In this document: piece by piece, positions 1-12,784 of the stretch | Numbering within the stretch: the first letter of the stretch is position 1 | Layout: the number at the start of each line of letters is the position of its first letter | Assembly (NCBI RefSeq): GCF_021869535.1 | Contig: NW_026262675.1 | Location: 3,968,001 to 4,032,000 of the forward strand | Reading direction: 5' to 3' | DNA from: Mytilus californianus | Taxonomy: Eukaryota | DNA: 64,000 nt | Position numbers and translations under genes: made by a program | Notes under the pieces: generated by a model | What the model was told of the DNA's origin: nothing | What the model saw: the letters and a program-made list of their open reading frames with translations, nothing else | Database searches by the model: none

Positions 1-66
1 AAATATGTAGAAATTTTGATAACCAAACCCAACAAAATCTAATGACTCTTCCCATAGCCATCAATA

Positions 67-420
67 TAATTTTTTTTTTTTCATTTGATAAAATTTTATT
101 TACAAATATATATTTACAATAAAAAGTAAATAGGACAAAACCCATATTCACTAAAACATGATAAACATTGTTCATATCAATCACTTGTTTATAAATAGTA
201 AATACATTTTCAGTAAACTGATGATGTAATTCAGTTCAAATATAACATGTATTCTTGCACACACCAAAACTGAAATCAAGAGTAACCCCTCTTTTGATGA
301 CAATAAAACGCTCATCAGCATAGTGTTAAAGTTTCTATACCTCTCAAAATAATATTTTAATTTGTGATCCATTACATTTTAAAATAGGGTTTCTATATAA
401 AAAGTATTTCTCAAAAAGAT
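67..420 (-). mobile_element. Possible 3' remnant of a Tx1/L1-like LINE with poly(A) tail
   Basis: Minus strand reads ...ELNYIISLLKMYLLFINK, reminiscent of Tx1/L1 ORF2 C-termini. It is followed by an AT-rich UTR, AATAAA and a poly(A) run (T-run at 67-81). Classification is from resemblance only. Confidence 0.4.
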
Positions 421-780
421 CTAAGCTGTTTTTCATTGCATAATAAATAAAATGCTCCGCTGGGCGCAGCTTGATACGACCGCAGAGGTCGAACCCTGAA
501 CAGTTGGGGCAAGTATGGACACAACATTCAAGCTTGATACAGCATTGAATTTGGATTGTGATTAAATATTTGACACAGCATAGGTTTTTGACACAGAATG
601 AATGTGGTCTAAGAACTTAAAAAATTTTAATTTACCTATACAAACCATATCATTATTATTTGCTTTTATATATAAATCAGAAATAACCAATTTAAAATGG
701 AAAATTTTAAAGAAAAAAAAAGGAAAGAAAGGAAAAAAAAATCCCTCCCCCAAATTTTTTGAACCCCCTTATGATTCATC

Positions 781-1200
781 ACCCCCAAACTCAATCCCAA
801 CCTTCCCTTTGTGGTATGGTACCTTGCAGTACAATTTCAGAGAGATCCATACACTTGAACACAAGTTATTGTCTTGAAACTAGAAAAATGCTTGTTTTAA
901 GGCCCCTTTTTGGCCCCAAATTCCTAAACGTTTAGGGCAATTACCCCCAAACTCAAACCCAGCTTTCCCTTTGTGATATGGAACCTTGTAGTACAATTTC
1001 ATAAAGATCCATACACTTACACACAAGTTATTGTCCTGAAACTAGAAAAATGCTTGTTTTGTGCCCCTTTTTTTGCCCCTAATTCCTAAAATTTTGAGGC
1101 AATTACCCCCAAAATCAATCCCAGCATTCCCTTTGTGATATGGAACCTTGTGGTACAATGTCAGAGAGATCCATACACTAACACACAAGTTATGTCTGGA
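781..1200. repeat. ~165-bp tandem repeat (about 2.5 copies; more copies at ~3440-3745)
   Basis: CCCCAAA(C/A)TCAATCCCAACCTTCCCTTTGTGGTATGG recurs at ~782, ~945, ~1106 and again at ~3490 and ~3650. Confidence 0.8.
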
Positions 1201-1317
1201 AGTTACAATAAATATTTGACACAGCATAGGTTTCTGACACAGAAAGAATGTGGTCTAAGAACTTGAATTTTTTTAATTTACCTATTATGGTCCAATGTCC
1301 AAAATCAAAATACATGG

Positions 1318-2780
1318 TTAGATTCAGCATATCAAAGAACCCCATATATTCAATTTTTGTTAAAATCAAACAAAGTTTAATTTTGGACCCCAACTTGGAC
1401 AAACTTGAAAACTTGGCCCATAATCAAAAATCTAAACACATGTTTAGATTCAGCATATCAAAGAACCCCAAGAATTCAATTTTTGCTAAAATCAAACTAT
1501 GTTTAATTTTGGACCCTTTGGACCTTAATGTAGACCAATTTAAAAAACAGGACTTAAAATTAAAAATCTAAATACACGGTTAGATTTGGAATATCAAAGA
1601 ACCCCAATAATTCAATTTTTGATGAAATCAAACAAAGTTTAATTTTGGACCCTTTTGACCTCAATATGAACCAATTTGATAGCGGGGCCCTCAAATAAAA
1701 AATCTAAATTCATGGTTAGATTCAGCATATCAAAGAACCCCATATATTCAATTTTTGTTGAAATAAAAAAAAGTTTAATTTTGGACCCCAACTTGGACCA
1801 ACTTGAAAACTGGGCCCATAATCAAAAATCTAAACACATGTTTAGATTCAGCATATCAAAGAACCCCAAGAATTCAATTTTTGTTAAAATCAAACTAAGT
1901 TTAATTTTGGACCCTTTGGACCTCAATGAAGACCAATTTAAAAAAAAACGGGACCCAAATTAAAAATCTATAAACACGGTTAGATTTGGCATATCAAAGA
2001 ACCCCAATAATTCAATTTTTGATGAAATCAAACAAAGTTTAATTTTGGACCCCAATTTGGACCAACTTGAAAACTGGGCCCATAATCAAAAATCTAAATA
2101 CATGTTTAGATTCAGCATATCAAAGAACCCCATATATACAATTTTTGTTGAAATCAAACAAAGTTTAAATACTGGACCCTATCTTGGACCAACTTGAAAA
2201 CTGGGCCCATAATCAAAAATCTAAACACATGTTTAGATTCAGCATATCAAAGAACCCCAAGAATTCAATTTTTGTTAAAATCAAACTAACTTTAATTTTG
2301 GACCCTTTGGACCTTAATGTAGACCAATTTAAAAAACAGGACCCAAAATTAAAAATCTAAATACACGGTTAGATTTGGAATATCAAAGAACCCTAATAAT
2401 TCAATTTTAGATGAAATCAAACAAAGTTTAATTTTGGACCCTTTTGACCTCAATATGAACCAATTTGATAACGGGGTCCACAAATAAAAAATCTAAATAC
2501 ATGGTTAGATTCAGCATATCAAAGAACCCCACATATTCAATTTTTGTTGAAATCAAACAAAGTTTAATTTTGGACCCCAATTTGGACCAACTTGAAAACT
2601 GGGCCAAAAATCAAAAATCTAAATACATGTTTAGATTCAGCATATCAAAGAACCTCATATATTCAATTTTTGCTAAAATCAAACAAAGTTTAATTTTGGA
2701 CCCTTTGGACCTTAATGTAGACCAATTTGAAAACTGGACCCAAAATTAAAAATCTAAATACACTGTTAGATTCGGCATAA
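1318..2780. repeat. Satellite array of 126/136-bp units with higher-order structure
   Basis: TTAGATT(C/T) unit starts at 1318, 1444, 1580, 1716, 1842, 1980, 2106, 2233, 2369, 2505, 2631 and 2766. Confidence 0.9.
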
Positions 2781-4439
2781 CAAATAAATAAATGTGATCA
2801 AAGATTTTACAAATCTAATGCGCCATACTGTGCAATTAAAGATTACTTCTTGAAATTTTTCAATATTTGAAATTTGAAAAAAAAATAATATTTGAAGAAT
2901 AATTCTTTTTAATTTCTGAAATCTGAAATGAGAAAAAATTGACCCCCCACAATTTCTTTTTATCCCCCCCCCCTTTTTTCCCCCCCAAAAATTCTTTCCC
3001 TCAAGATATGGTCAAAATCTCAATTCAAATTTCCAATGGAGTTGGCAACCATAATTACCCATTTAAATTTACCATAGTGCTAACTTAATCTATTTTATAA
3101 TACAATTAAAAATATAGTGTCAAATCTTTCATATGGATTTTTTTGTAAAAAAAAAAAGATGCAACATTTGCAGATATTTTTACTGGTCTTCCTTTATAAA
3201 TATGCATTTCTTTAAACATAATTTAAAAGCAGTGTAAGGGAAGTAACCAAAACGTTGTATTTGGATTACCTCCCTTACACTGTTTTAAATTATCTTTATT
3301 GTTCATTAACCATTACTTTATACATAATTTAAAAGCAGTGTAAGGGAGATAATTTCAATGATGTATTTGATTTATCTCCCTTACACTGCTTTAAATTATG
3401 TTTTGTACTAAAGTATTTGTCCATTAACCAGGACAACCTTGTTTTTCCCCCTTTTTTGCCCCTAATTCCTAAACGGTTTGAGCCATAACCCCCCAAAGCA
3501 AATCCTAACCATCCCTTTGTGGTATGGAAACTTGTAGTATAATTTCAGAGAGATCCATACACCGTTCCACAGTTATTGTCTGGAAACTAGAAAATGCTTA
3601 TTTTTGGCCCCTTTTTGGCCCCTAATTCCTTAACTGTTGGTACCATAACCCCCAAAATCAATCCCAACCTTCCTTTTGTGGTATTTAACCTTATGGTCAA
3701 ATTTCAAAAAGATCCATTCACTTAAACTAAAGTTAGAGTGCGAAAACCAATGTGTATTCGGACGACGACGCCGGACGACGACGACGACGACGCCGGACGA
3801 CGACGACGACGACGACGACGACGCCAACGTCATACCAATATACGACCACAAAATTTTTTTGCGGTCGTATAAAAAGCCCATATTCCATGTACTTTTGTAG
3901 TGTATATTTAAAGAGCCTTGTGCAATCAATAAACATTGAACATAGCAATGATAAATTGAAAGCATATTCATTATATTTAGATTTAATTTAGCATTTTATT
4001 TTGGTGGCATTTCCTACACATCCAGTATGTAGCCTAAGATGGCATTTTGAGGCCAACACATTTCAGGTGGTACCACTCCAAACACCAGTCCGCAAACTAT
4101 GATCCATATATACAGAGACATATATATAATCTGTCTCTGATATATATGGATGTCTATACTGCACACTAAAGAGTTCCCTTCTGCTATGTCATTCTCAAGC
4201 AATATCTTTGGGTTTTTCTTAACATTTTCCAAGACACATTGAAAAAATATTTTTTATCCTAACGTTCTCTTTGAGCAATTACGTAGGAAATTTCTCAACT
4301 GGAACAAATTGTTTGCAAAAGTAAAATTTTGCTGGTAACAATTACTGCAGGCAGACCTGGGACATGATATATTGACGGGCTGTGACACTCGACAATCGTA
4401 TCGATTACATTGTTGGGTCATCTAATTACCGATATGATA

Positions 4440-4794
4440 TGGAAAAGAAGATGTGTCAAATTACGTATACGTGCTGGCTATTATTGACAATAATATACTG
4501 CTCCATGTCAGATTTGCTCTAAATGCTTTAGTTTTTGAAGTATAAGCCAAAAACTGCATTTTACCCCTATGTTCTATTTTTAGGCATGGTGGCCATGTTT
4601 TTTGCCGAAACAGAAAATAAAACACAAACTTTATTCTAGATACCCTAAGGATCATTCAGTTTAAGTTTGGTTGGAATTGGTTCAGTAGTTTCAAAGGAGA
4701 AGATGTTTGAAATAGTTTACACGGGACGGACGACGACGGCGGACGCCAAGTGATGGCAAAAGCTCACATTTCCTTCGGAAAGGTGAGTTAAAAG
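4440..4794 (+). mobile_element. 3' fragment of a HINE-like element (AGCTCAC family)
   Basis: GACGGACGACGACG microsatellite, then GCCAAGTGATGGCAAAAGCTCAC-TTTCC-TTC-GGAAAG-GTGAGTT hairpin (4761-4789) and an A-run. Confidence 0.7.
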
Positions 4795-6015
4795 TGCTCA
4801 AATGTGTTTTTTTTTAAGAGAAAACAGTGTTATGCTTTAAATGTTTAAAACTAATAATTTCATTCAATATTATTTTTGTTGATCACAAACTGTTTTGACA
4901 TCCTTTGTGCACAAAAGAGCACAATGTAGCACAAAGGACCCCAAAGGAGTGTAATAAGAGCACAAAGGACCTTTAATTGGAGTAATTTCTGAAAATATAT
5001 AAAAAAAAATATTTTAAAAAACATGAAAATTGTGATTTTTATTATGTACGACATGGTGTAATCACCAGTACCAGATAGGAACCGACTTTATATCTGGTTT
5101 ATGTCATAGTTTATATTTGTTAATTTATATATAGTAATCAAGTAATTAGTAGCTCAGAAATGTCAATATACACTTTGTTTTATCAAAATTTATTCTGGAC
5201 AAAAATAAAGTATCTATCAAAATGTTCTAACTTGAATAATCTAGAATGAATCTATGAAGAAAATGTTTCACAAGATGCAAAAAGGATCGTTATGGATGTA
5301 ATTCTTAAGCTAAGAAATTGTCATGAATTTTTTAATCCATATTTCAGAAATTTTCAATATGTACTATGTTTTACCAAATTTTATTCTCGACAAAAACAAA
5401 GAACATGTATCTACCAAAATTTTCTTACTTGACGAATCTTAAATTGCTATTAGGAAATGTAGGAACAAAAAGTACACACAGCGCAAAAAGGAATGGATTG
5501 TTCATACTGTCTTTTGGTTATTTGTGTTGTTATTGACAAATACCCATCATCTAAATTTGTTTTTTTTTATTAGCCTGATAACTGAAAAATTACAATTTGA
5601 AATAAAATTGGACATCAAACAAATATTTGATTATTTAAACAAGTAGTTTATGAAATTTATTTTCTGTTATTTGTGTCTTCACATATTTCACACATAAATA
5701 AATAACCTAAATAACCAAGTAAATATATAGATTGACAAAATCATAACTCATCTCAAAATGATAACCGTTGCAATTAAAAAATGTATTTTTTTTCTTTAAA
5801 AGAACTCTCTCATTTCATATTGCTTATAAAATTTTGAGTACAACGTTTTCTATTTTTTTAATTTAGTCTTCAACAGACGATGTCTTTGATCACGCCTTGT
5901 GTGGTCTATATTAATTTTGCATACGTCTGAAGTTTCCTTTTGTTTTATTTTCAATAATCAATTATGTAGTACAATAATTGTATTTGAAACAGTTTTCTAG
6001 TTTATAATAAACTGT

Positions 6016-6995
6016 TAACACAGAGATATGTCTCGCCTATTTGTTATTATGATAATGCAAATGTTGAAATTAAAATAGAAATACTTTAACATGTAAGTTA
6101 TGCAAATATTCAAAGTCAATGAACCATGACTGAAGGTACAGGGCGGAACAATCTCCATGGAAATCAGATGTGCCAATGATAATACAACTGCATTCCAAAT
6201 ACCATTGACTTTTCATAAGTTGTTCCCTTTAAACAAACCTTAACACAAACATTAACTTGTAAACTATGCAAAAGTTTCAAAGTCAGTGAACTATAATGAG
6301 GGGGTGGGGTTATATAATCTCTGTGGAAATGAAACTTGCAAAGGCCAATACATTTGCATACCAAATATCAATGACTTAACATTAGTGGTTCATCTTAAAC
6401 TGACATAATCACAAACTAATACATGTAAACTAAGCAAAAGTTTCAAAGTCAACAGACTGTGACTGAGGGGTAAGGACCAAATATACTCCATGGAAATGAG
6501 ATGTGCTAATGCTTATACAACTGCATACCAATTATCATTGACCTACCACTAACAGTTCCCCTTAAACTGACCTAATCTTAAACTAATACATGAAAACTAA
6601 GCAAAAATTTCAAAGTCAATAGACCATGACTGAGGGTGTAGTGGCCAAATAATCTCCATAGAAATGAGATATGCCAATGCTTATACAGCTGCATACCAAA
6701 TATAATTGACCTACCACTATTGGTTCACCAGAAACTAACCTAATCACAAACTAATACATGTAAACTAAGCAAAGTTTCAAAGTCAATAGACCATGACTGA
6801 GAGGGCGTGGCCAAATAATCTCCATGGTAATGAGATGTGCCAATGCTTATACAACTGCATACCAAATATCATTGACCTACCACTAGTGGTTCACCATAAA
6901 CTAGACCTAATCACCAACTAATACAATGTTCACGCCGCCACCGGAAACAGCATGTCTATGTCTTGCTTTTTGACTCTGTCATGGCGAGACAAAAA
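6016..6995 (+). mobile_element. HINE-like element (TGTCTCGCC family) with ~5 x 167-bp core repeats
   Basis: 5' TGTCTCGCC (6029-6037). 3' hairpin ending GGCGAGACA-AAAA (6983-6995). CAAAGTCA recurs at 6111, 6278, 6444, 6611 and 6778. Confidence 0.75.
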
Positions 6996-7218
6996 CTGCT
7001 TTTTAACACAATAATTAATTGTAAAGAATTCCTCTTAGTTAATGCCAAGTCCTCATTCATGTTATTATACAATTAGTTATTTGTAAAATTGAAATTTTGA
7101 CAATGTTTGCTTTTTTTTTTTTTTTGTTAAATGTCAAGCCTTTATTTTTATGTTCTGACATGCTTTGCAAAATTTCAAAATATATAAGTATAATAAAATC
7201 TTTGATAATTGATAATAA

Positions 7219-8875
7219 AAACTATAGGCTATCAAGAGCCTGTTTTGCTCACCTGATTCTACTTTGATTTTGGAAATCATGTAAAAATAGATTAAAATCA
7301 TAACAGATACCCTAATAATGATTGAGGCCAAATTTGGTCTAATATTGGCCCCGTAATTTAATCAAAAGAAGAAGACTTTTGTAAAGTTTACAGAAATTAG
7401 GCCACACTTAAAAATATTTTAGTTTGCCCAAACCCTACCCAAAGGTAGAGACAGTGGGTAGGTAGGTAGGCATTTTCTTTCTTTTTTCGGCAAAGAGAAG
7501 TTGAAGTATCAGATATGTTTTAGTATACATGACTATCTGATTTAAAAAAAAACCTTTTCAAATCAGGGCAATAAAAGATTTTGAGTAGGCAGCTATTTTC
7601 TGGGTAGGTAGGGTTAGGGCAAACAAACATATTCTTTTTTATGGCCTTACCAATAAATTCTTTGAAATTGTAGAAAATTACTTTATAAGGACAATGACCA
7701 ATCTGCTACAAAGTAACAACACTTGGACAGCACCTCATAAGGAACATTCTTGTCATGTTTTATTTCATTCCATTTAGTAGTTTTCTAAAAGAAGACATTT
7801 ATATGTATTTCCCATAGGGTCCTATGTTAAACTAAGTCCCCCGCTGGCTGCCATCTTGGATGATTGATCAGCATTCAAAGTAACAATACTTGGTCAGCAC
7901 CTCATAAGGAACATTCAAACTATGTATGGTTTCATTCCATTCAGTGGTTCTATAAAAGAAGACATTTGTATGTATTGTTCATAGGGTCCTATGTTAAACA
8001 AAGTCCCCCGCTGGCGGCCATCTTGGATGATGGATCAGCTACATAGTAACAACACTTGGTCAGCACCTCATAAGGAATATTCATGCACTGTTTGGTTTCA
8101 TTCCATTCAGTGGTTCTCTAGAAGAAGACATTTGTATGTATTGTCCATAGGGTCCTATGTTAAACGAAGTCCCCTGCTGGAGGCCATCTTGGATGATGGA
8201 TCGGCTACAAAGTTACAACACTTGGTCAGCACCTCATAAGGAACATTCATGCCATGTTTTATTTCATTCCATTCAGTGGTTCTCTAGAAGAAGCATTTGT
8301 ATGTATTTCCCTTAGGGTCCTATGTTAAACGAAGTCCCCTTGGATGATGGTTCGGCTACAAAGTAACAACACTTGGTCAGCACCTCAAAAGAAACATTCA
8401 TACCATGTTTGTTTTCAATCCATTAAGCAGTTTTCTAGAAGAAGACATTTCTATATATTTCCCATAGGGTCCTTTCTTAAACTAAGTCCCCCGTTGGCAG
8501 CCATCTTGGTTGATTGATTGGCTAGAAAGTAACAACACTTGGCCAGCACCTCATTAGGAACATTCATGTAATGTTTGGTTTCACTCCATTCAGTGGTTCT
8601 CTAAAAGAAGACATTTGTATGTATTGTCCATATGGTCCTATGTTAAACGAAGTCCCCCGCTGGCGGCCATTTTGGATGATGGATCGTCTACAAAGTAACA
8701 ACAGTTAGCCAGCACCTCATAAGGAACATTCATGCCATGTTTGGTTTCATTCCATTCAGTGGTTCTCTAGAAGAAGTTCAAAATGTAAAATGTTAAGGAT
8801 GACGACGACAACGGACGACGGACGCCAAGTGATGAGAAAAGCTCACTTGGCCCTTTGGGCCAGGTGACCTAAAAA
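7219..8875 (+). mobile_element. HINE-like element (AGCTCAC family) with ~7 x 167-bp core repeats
   Basis: 5' GCTCACCTG (~7247). 3' hairpin GCTCACTTGGCCC-TTT-GGGCCAGGTGACC (8841-8869) plus A-run. GAC microsatellite. The unit AAAGTAACAACACTTGGTCAGCACCTCATAAGG repeats from ~7710 to ~8790. Confidence 0.8.
7397..7649. mobile_element. MITE nested in the HINE
   Basis: Imperfect ~45-bp TIRs: TTAGGCCAC...GTTTGCCCAAACCCTACCC and GGGTAGGTAGGGTTAGGGCAAAC...TGGCCTTA. Confidence 0.65.
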
Positions 8876-9859
8876 TGATATTATTGTTACCTGCAATTTC
8901 AGTGTGAAATTAGGTCTCTACCGGAAATACATTTTGGCAATAAGTCTAGGAAGTATCAATAATTATTTCTTAATGTTATTTTTTTGTCAGTAATCGTAGC
9001 CAGTGGCAGTGCCTGATATATATATGTATGCTCAACACCTCCCCCTTATTCCAGAAATATAATAGCAAATTTCTAATACATTTATTAAATTTTCAGTATG
9101 AATCAACTCATATCCGTTCTTTCAACAAAACTTCTGGAGTCATTTCAGTCTTGAACAGTAAAAATTATAGAGTGTCAAGTCCCAGGCGCGGCCGTGACCA
9201 AGTGACCTGTCGAAAATTATCTCTTGGAAAGCACCTGTATTGGGCTGTAAAAAATGTTTGTGCAAACTTACTACGACGTGACAACCCTCAATATTGATTC
9301 ATAACATTCTAATTTTATACTTTCAACGCTTCCTTACTCTGAAACATCTTTTCCACTTAATATTTGTGCCATTTTGCAATCTATATATTTTTCAATTTTT
9401 GCACGTGGGTCAACAAGTCAAAAGTATAATAAATTTGAGGACTGATGCGGACGAAGCTGTATTTCCGGTTACATTAAAATTATCAAAACTAGAATCAAAT
9501 CATATAATAACTCTCACAAAAAAAAACATAAACACTAGGATTAGGTGTTATAGTGATCAAAGATAGCCACTCCCGCACACAGGTGCTAGGGGACTTAATT
9601 TGGCCCTTATTCCAAATTCAGTTAAATGACAGTAGAGACGGGGTACGTGCTCATATCCAAAACTCCAGTTTCTTTTGGGTACTTTTTTTCTGTATCACAC
9701 ATTGTGTCACCCTCCCTTTATATCATCAGTGACCGCTATGGATACAATTGAAATAAAACGAAAAAAAAATAAAAAAATAACAAATTAAAAAAAGGGGTAA
9801 ACAAAAATGACAATTTAACTGCATCTGACTCTGTAAATAGGTATGGAACCTATTTGTTA

Positions 9860-11100
9860 CACCACTAGAGGATACCAGAAGTAAATTAGACAAATTTCAT
9901 TAACGGTACTAATTTCAAGGTACCGGATTAACATTATGTCTATGCCGGAATACATCTCTTCAGTGATGCTCGAGGCCGGCAAACAGAATATTTGAAAAAC
10001 CTAATACATCAAGAAGAGCTGATAAAACCGAAATGACATAAAGCATGACCAAACCAAGACAAAGAATCGTAGCAATACATGATTCATTAAATCAAAATGA
10101 TTTTCAAAATTCTATGACAACAAATTTCAATATATGTCTTTATTTCGTTCAAACAATATATCCGTATTTAGGCCAACATGCCAGTACCGAAATAATGGCA
10201 AGTTCCAACTGGGCTGGTACCCGGCCTCGGGAACTAACAGTCCACCAGAAGAGGTGTTAGAAATAAAATCAACGGTACCAATTTTACTGCACCAGATACG
10301 CATTTCTACAATAAATTCAATCTCTTCAGTGATGCTCAAGGCCGAAATATTTAAAAATCTAAAACCTAATGCAAACGTTGAAGAGATGATAAAAACCCAA
10401 AAGGGATATAGGACAATGACAGGGAATATGAGCTAACATTCCATGTGAATATTAAAATAACTTCGAAGATGTGGTATGATTGCCAATGAGACAACTCTCC
10501 GACAGGGACAAAATGACATAGAAGTTAACAACTATAGGTCACCTTCAACAATGATCAAAACCCATACAGCACAGTCAGCTAAAACAGGACCCGAAATAAC
10601 AAATGTAAAACAATTCAAACGAGAAAACCAATTAACGGCCTGATTTATTTACAACACAATTAACGGGACTATTTAGCCATCAGAGGTATCGACCCAGTGG
10701 TAATAATTACAGAAGATGTACCAATTTGCCTGCATCAGGTCCGCATTTCGACAATTAACGTCTCTTCAGTGATATTCGAGGCCAAAGTGTTTTAAAATCT
10801 AAAACCTAATACAAACGTTGAAGAGCTGATAAAAACCAAAAGGGGATATAGGGCACTGACAGGAAATATGAGCTCACATCCCATTTGAATATAAAAATAA
10901 GAAGATGTGGTATGATTGCCAATGAGACAACTCTCCACAAATTGACAAAATGACAAAAATCATAGCCGAATTTGCATTCAAGTACCAAAGCACTGGCTAC
11001 TGGGTTGGTGATACCTTAAGGGATTAACAGTATCGATCAAGTTGTAGAAATAACATTAACTGTACAATACTTACTGCACCAGTTACGCATTTCGACAACT
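9860..11100 (-). repeat. Decayed retrozyme-like tandem repeats with degenerate hammerhead motifs
   Basis: Repeats of ...AACGGTACCAATTTTACTGCACCAGATGCGCATTTCGACA...TCTCTTCAGTGATGCTCGAGGCC. The reverse complement gives CTGAAGA...GAAA...ATC cores at 10289-10335 (broken stem II) and 10732-10775 (triplet ACC). Half motifs at ~9955 and ~11080. Confidence 0.75.
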
Positions 11101-11671
11101 ATAATGTATATACAATTAATACAACCATTGAAGAAGCCACGGTGATAAAACCAATCAAAATGATGGAAATCACTCATGGAAAGATTGGAAGAGAAGTTTG
11201 AATAATTTCAAATCATATTTAGGTATGGTGTGTACAAAAACATGAATATAGCACTATTGCTGACAATTGCATTAACTGCAGGTCTTTAGGATAAGCACTT
11301 TCAGTAGATAAAAAGAGATTAATTGAATCACTGATAGCGGGTCCTTTAATCTGCACAACAATTTTGTTTAATCTTAACCAAATAATGTTCCCTAGCTGTT
11401 ACATGTTTCACTTTAACGTTTTACCTTTTGAAACAGAAGAAATTACAAAAAGAAGATTCTTCTAATAAAGTTTATCAATTATCCTTGTATGACATGGGAC
11501 AAACAGATAGACTGGAAGCTCAGAACTTTATTGTGTCAAAAAAAAAACATCTAAAAAGGTTGTTTTGGGGTACTTTGTAAGTTGAAACATAAGTATACTA
11601 TTTTTCTCCTCTAAGAATTGCTATTTGATTATGAAAACAATTATCATGATTACATGACACTGAAAATAAAA

Positions 11672-12784
11672 GGTATCGGGTCCGTTTGCGCCCAATACAC
11701 GTTCGCACCCTACACGTTCGCACCCCACACGTTCGCCCCCCTAGGTCCGTTCGCACCCTACACGTTCGCACCCTTTTTTATTCAAAAACCTGATAAATTT
11801 TTATATGTTTTGTAGATGTTTATATCAAAATATTTTTATTTTCATAAATAAAAATTCGGGAATTTTTAAATGAAATATTGTTTTAAATTGATTTGAGTGA
11901 TTAATTATTAAATGTTAATTATGTATGATTACTGCTAATTGGTATTTATACACAGCCTAATGTGGTGTTATTGTTGAGTGTTTAAAAATCATGATTGTTG
12001 TCATGGTTGTTTTAACTTGCTTTAAATGTAAATACTGTATGTATTTAGCTTGGTATGAGTAAAACTTTGAAGATTTTAAATAAAAAACATGAAAGATAAT
12101 TGTTTTTAACAGCTTGGCACCTTTGATCTCATGTGTGTCAGAATCTCACTTTATTCATAAACAATGAAAAAAAATATTTATAGCAATACACTATCCAAAA
12201 CATGATAACGAATTATTCAACACATAAAAAAAAAAAAACGTTGTCAGAATCCCATTTCCTTTTGAAACAATAAAAAAGAAATATTTATAGCAATACACTA
12301 ACCAAAACATGATTAAGATTTTATCAACACCTAAAAAACCGTTGTCAGAATCTCACTTTATTCAGAAACAATGAAAAAAAAAAATTATATATATATTTAT
12401 ATATATATATATAGATATATAGAGCAATACACTTACCTAAACATGATTAAAAATTATTCAACACAAAAATAAAATACTGGTCGTCAGAATCTCACTTTAT
12501 TTAAAAACAATGAAAAAAAATGTTTATAGCAATACATTTACCATGACACAAAAAAAACCTTGTCAGAATCTCACTTTATTTAGAAACAATGAAAACATAT
12601 ATATTTATAGCAATACACTTACCAAAACTCGTTTACAAATTATTAAACACAAAACCAATAAAAATTGGGCGCGAACGTGTAGGGTGCGAACGGACTTTGG
12701 GTGCGAACGTGTAGGGTGCGAAAGTGAAAGGGGGGCGAACGTGCATGGGGGCGAACGTGATTGGGCGCGAACGGACCCAGATTC
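11672..12784. mobile_element. Mutator-like non-autonomous DNA transposon with 9-bp TSD
   Basis: TIR GGGTCCGTTTGCGCCCAAT / ATTGGGCGCGAACGGACCC. Subterminal ~15-bp repeats (ACACGTTCGCACCCT). TSD AAAATAAAA at 11663-11671 and 12785-12793. Internal ~105-bp repeats (TGTCAGAATCTCACTTTATT, ~12136-12640). Confidence 0.8.

Larger units (their letters stand above)
445..3875 (+). mobile_element. Helentron-associated non-autonomous element (HINE/pearl-like) carrying internal satellite arrays
   Basis: 5' subterminal motif ATACGACCGCA (474-484). 3' stem-loop ATACGACCACAAAA..TTTTGCGGTCGTAT (3840-3870) followed by an A-run. (GAC)n microsatellite at ~3761-3822. Central tandem repeats. This architecture matches bivalve pearl/DTC84/HINE elements. 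Confidence 0.75.

Noticed and set aside
1248-2749. Three similar ~95-107 aa ORFs (RFSISKNP repeats)
   Set aside because: They are translations of the 126/136-bp satellite; frames break between units.
3630-3991. Poly-Asp, poly-Thr, poly-Arg and poly-Ser ORFs
   Set aside because: They are products of the (GAC)n microsatellite at the HINE 3' end.
4014-4232. 72-aa minus-strand ORF with a hydrophobic stretch
   Set aside because: No recognisable family, no true ATG, and no partner exons found.
11690-11775. Short regular repeats resembling a CRISPR array (also 52656-52948)
   Set aside because: No unique spacers, eukaryotic context and no cas genes. They are TE subterminal repeats and a minisatellite.
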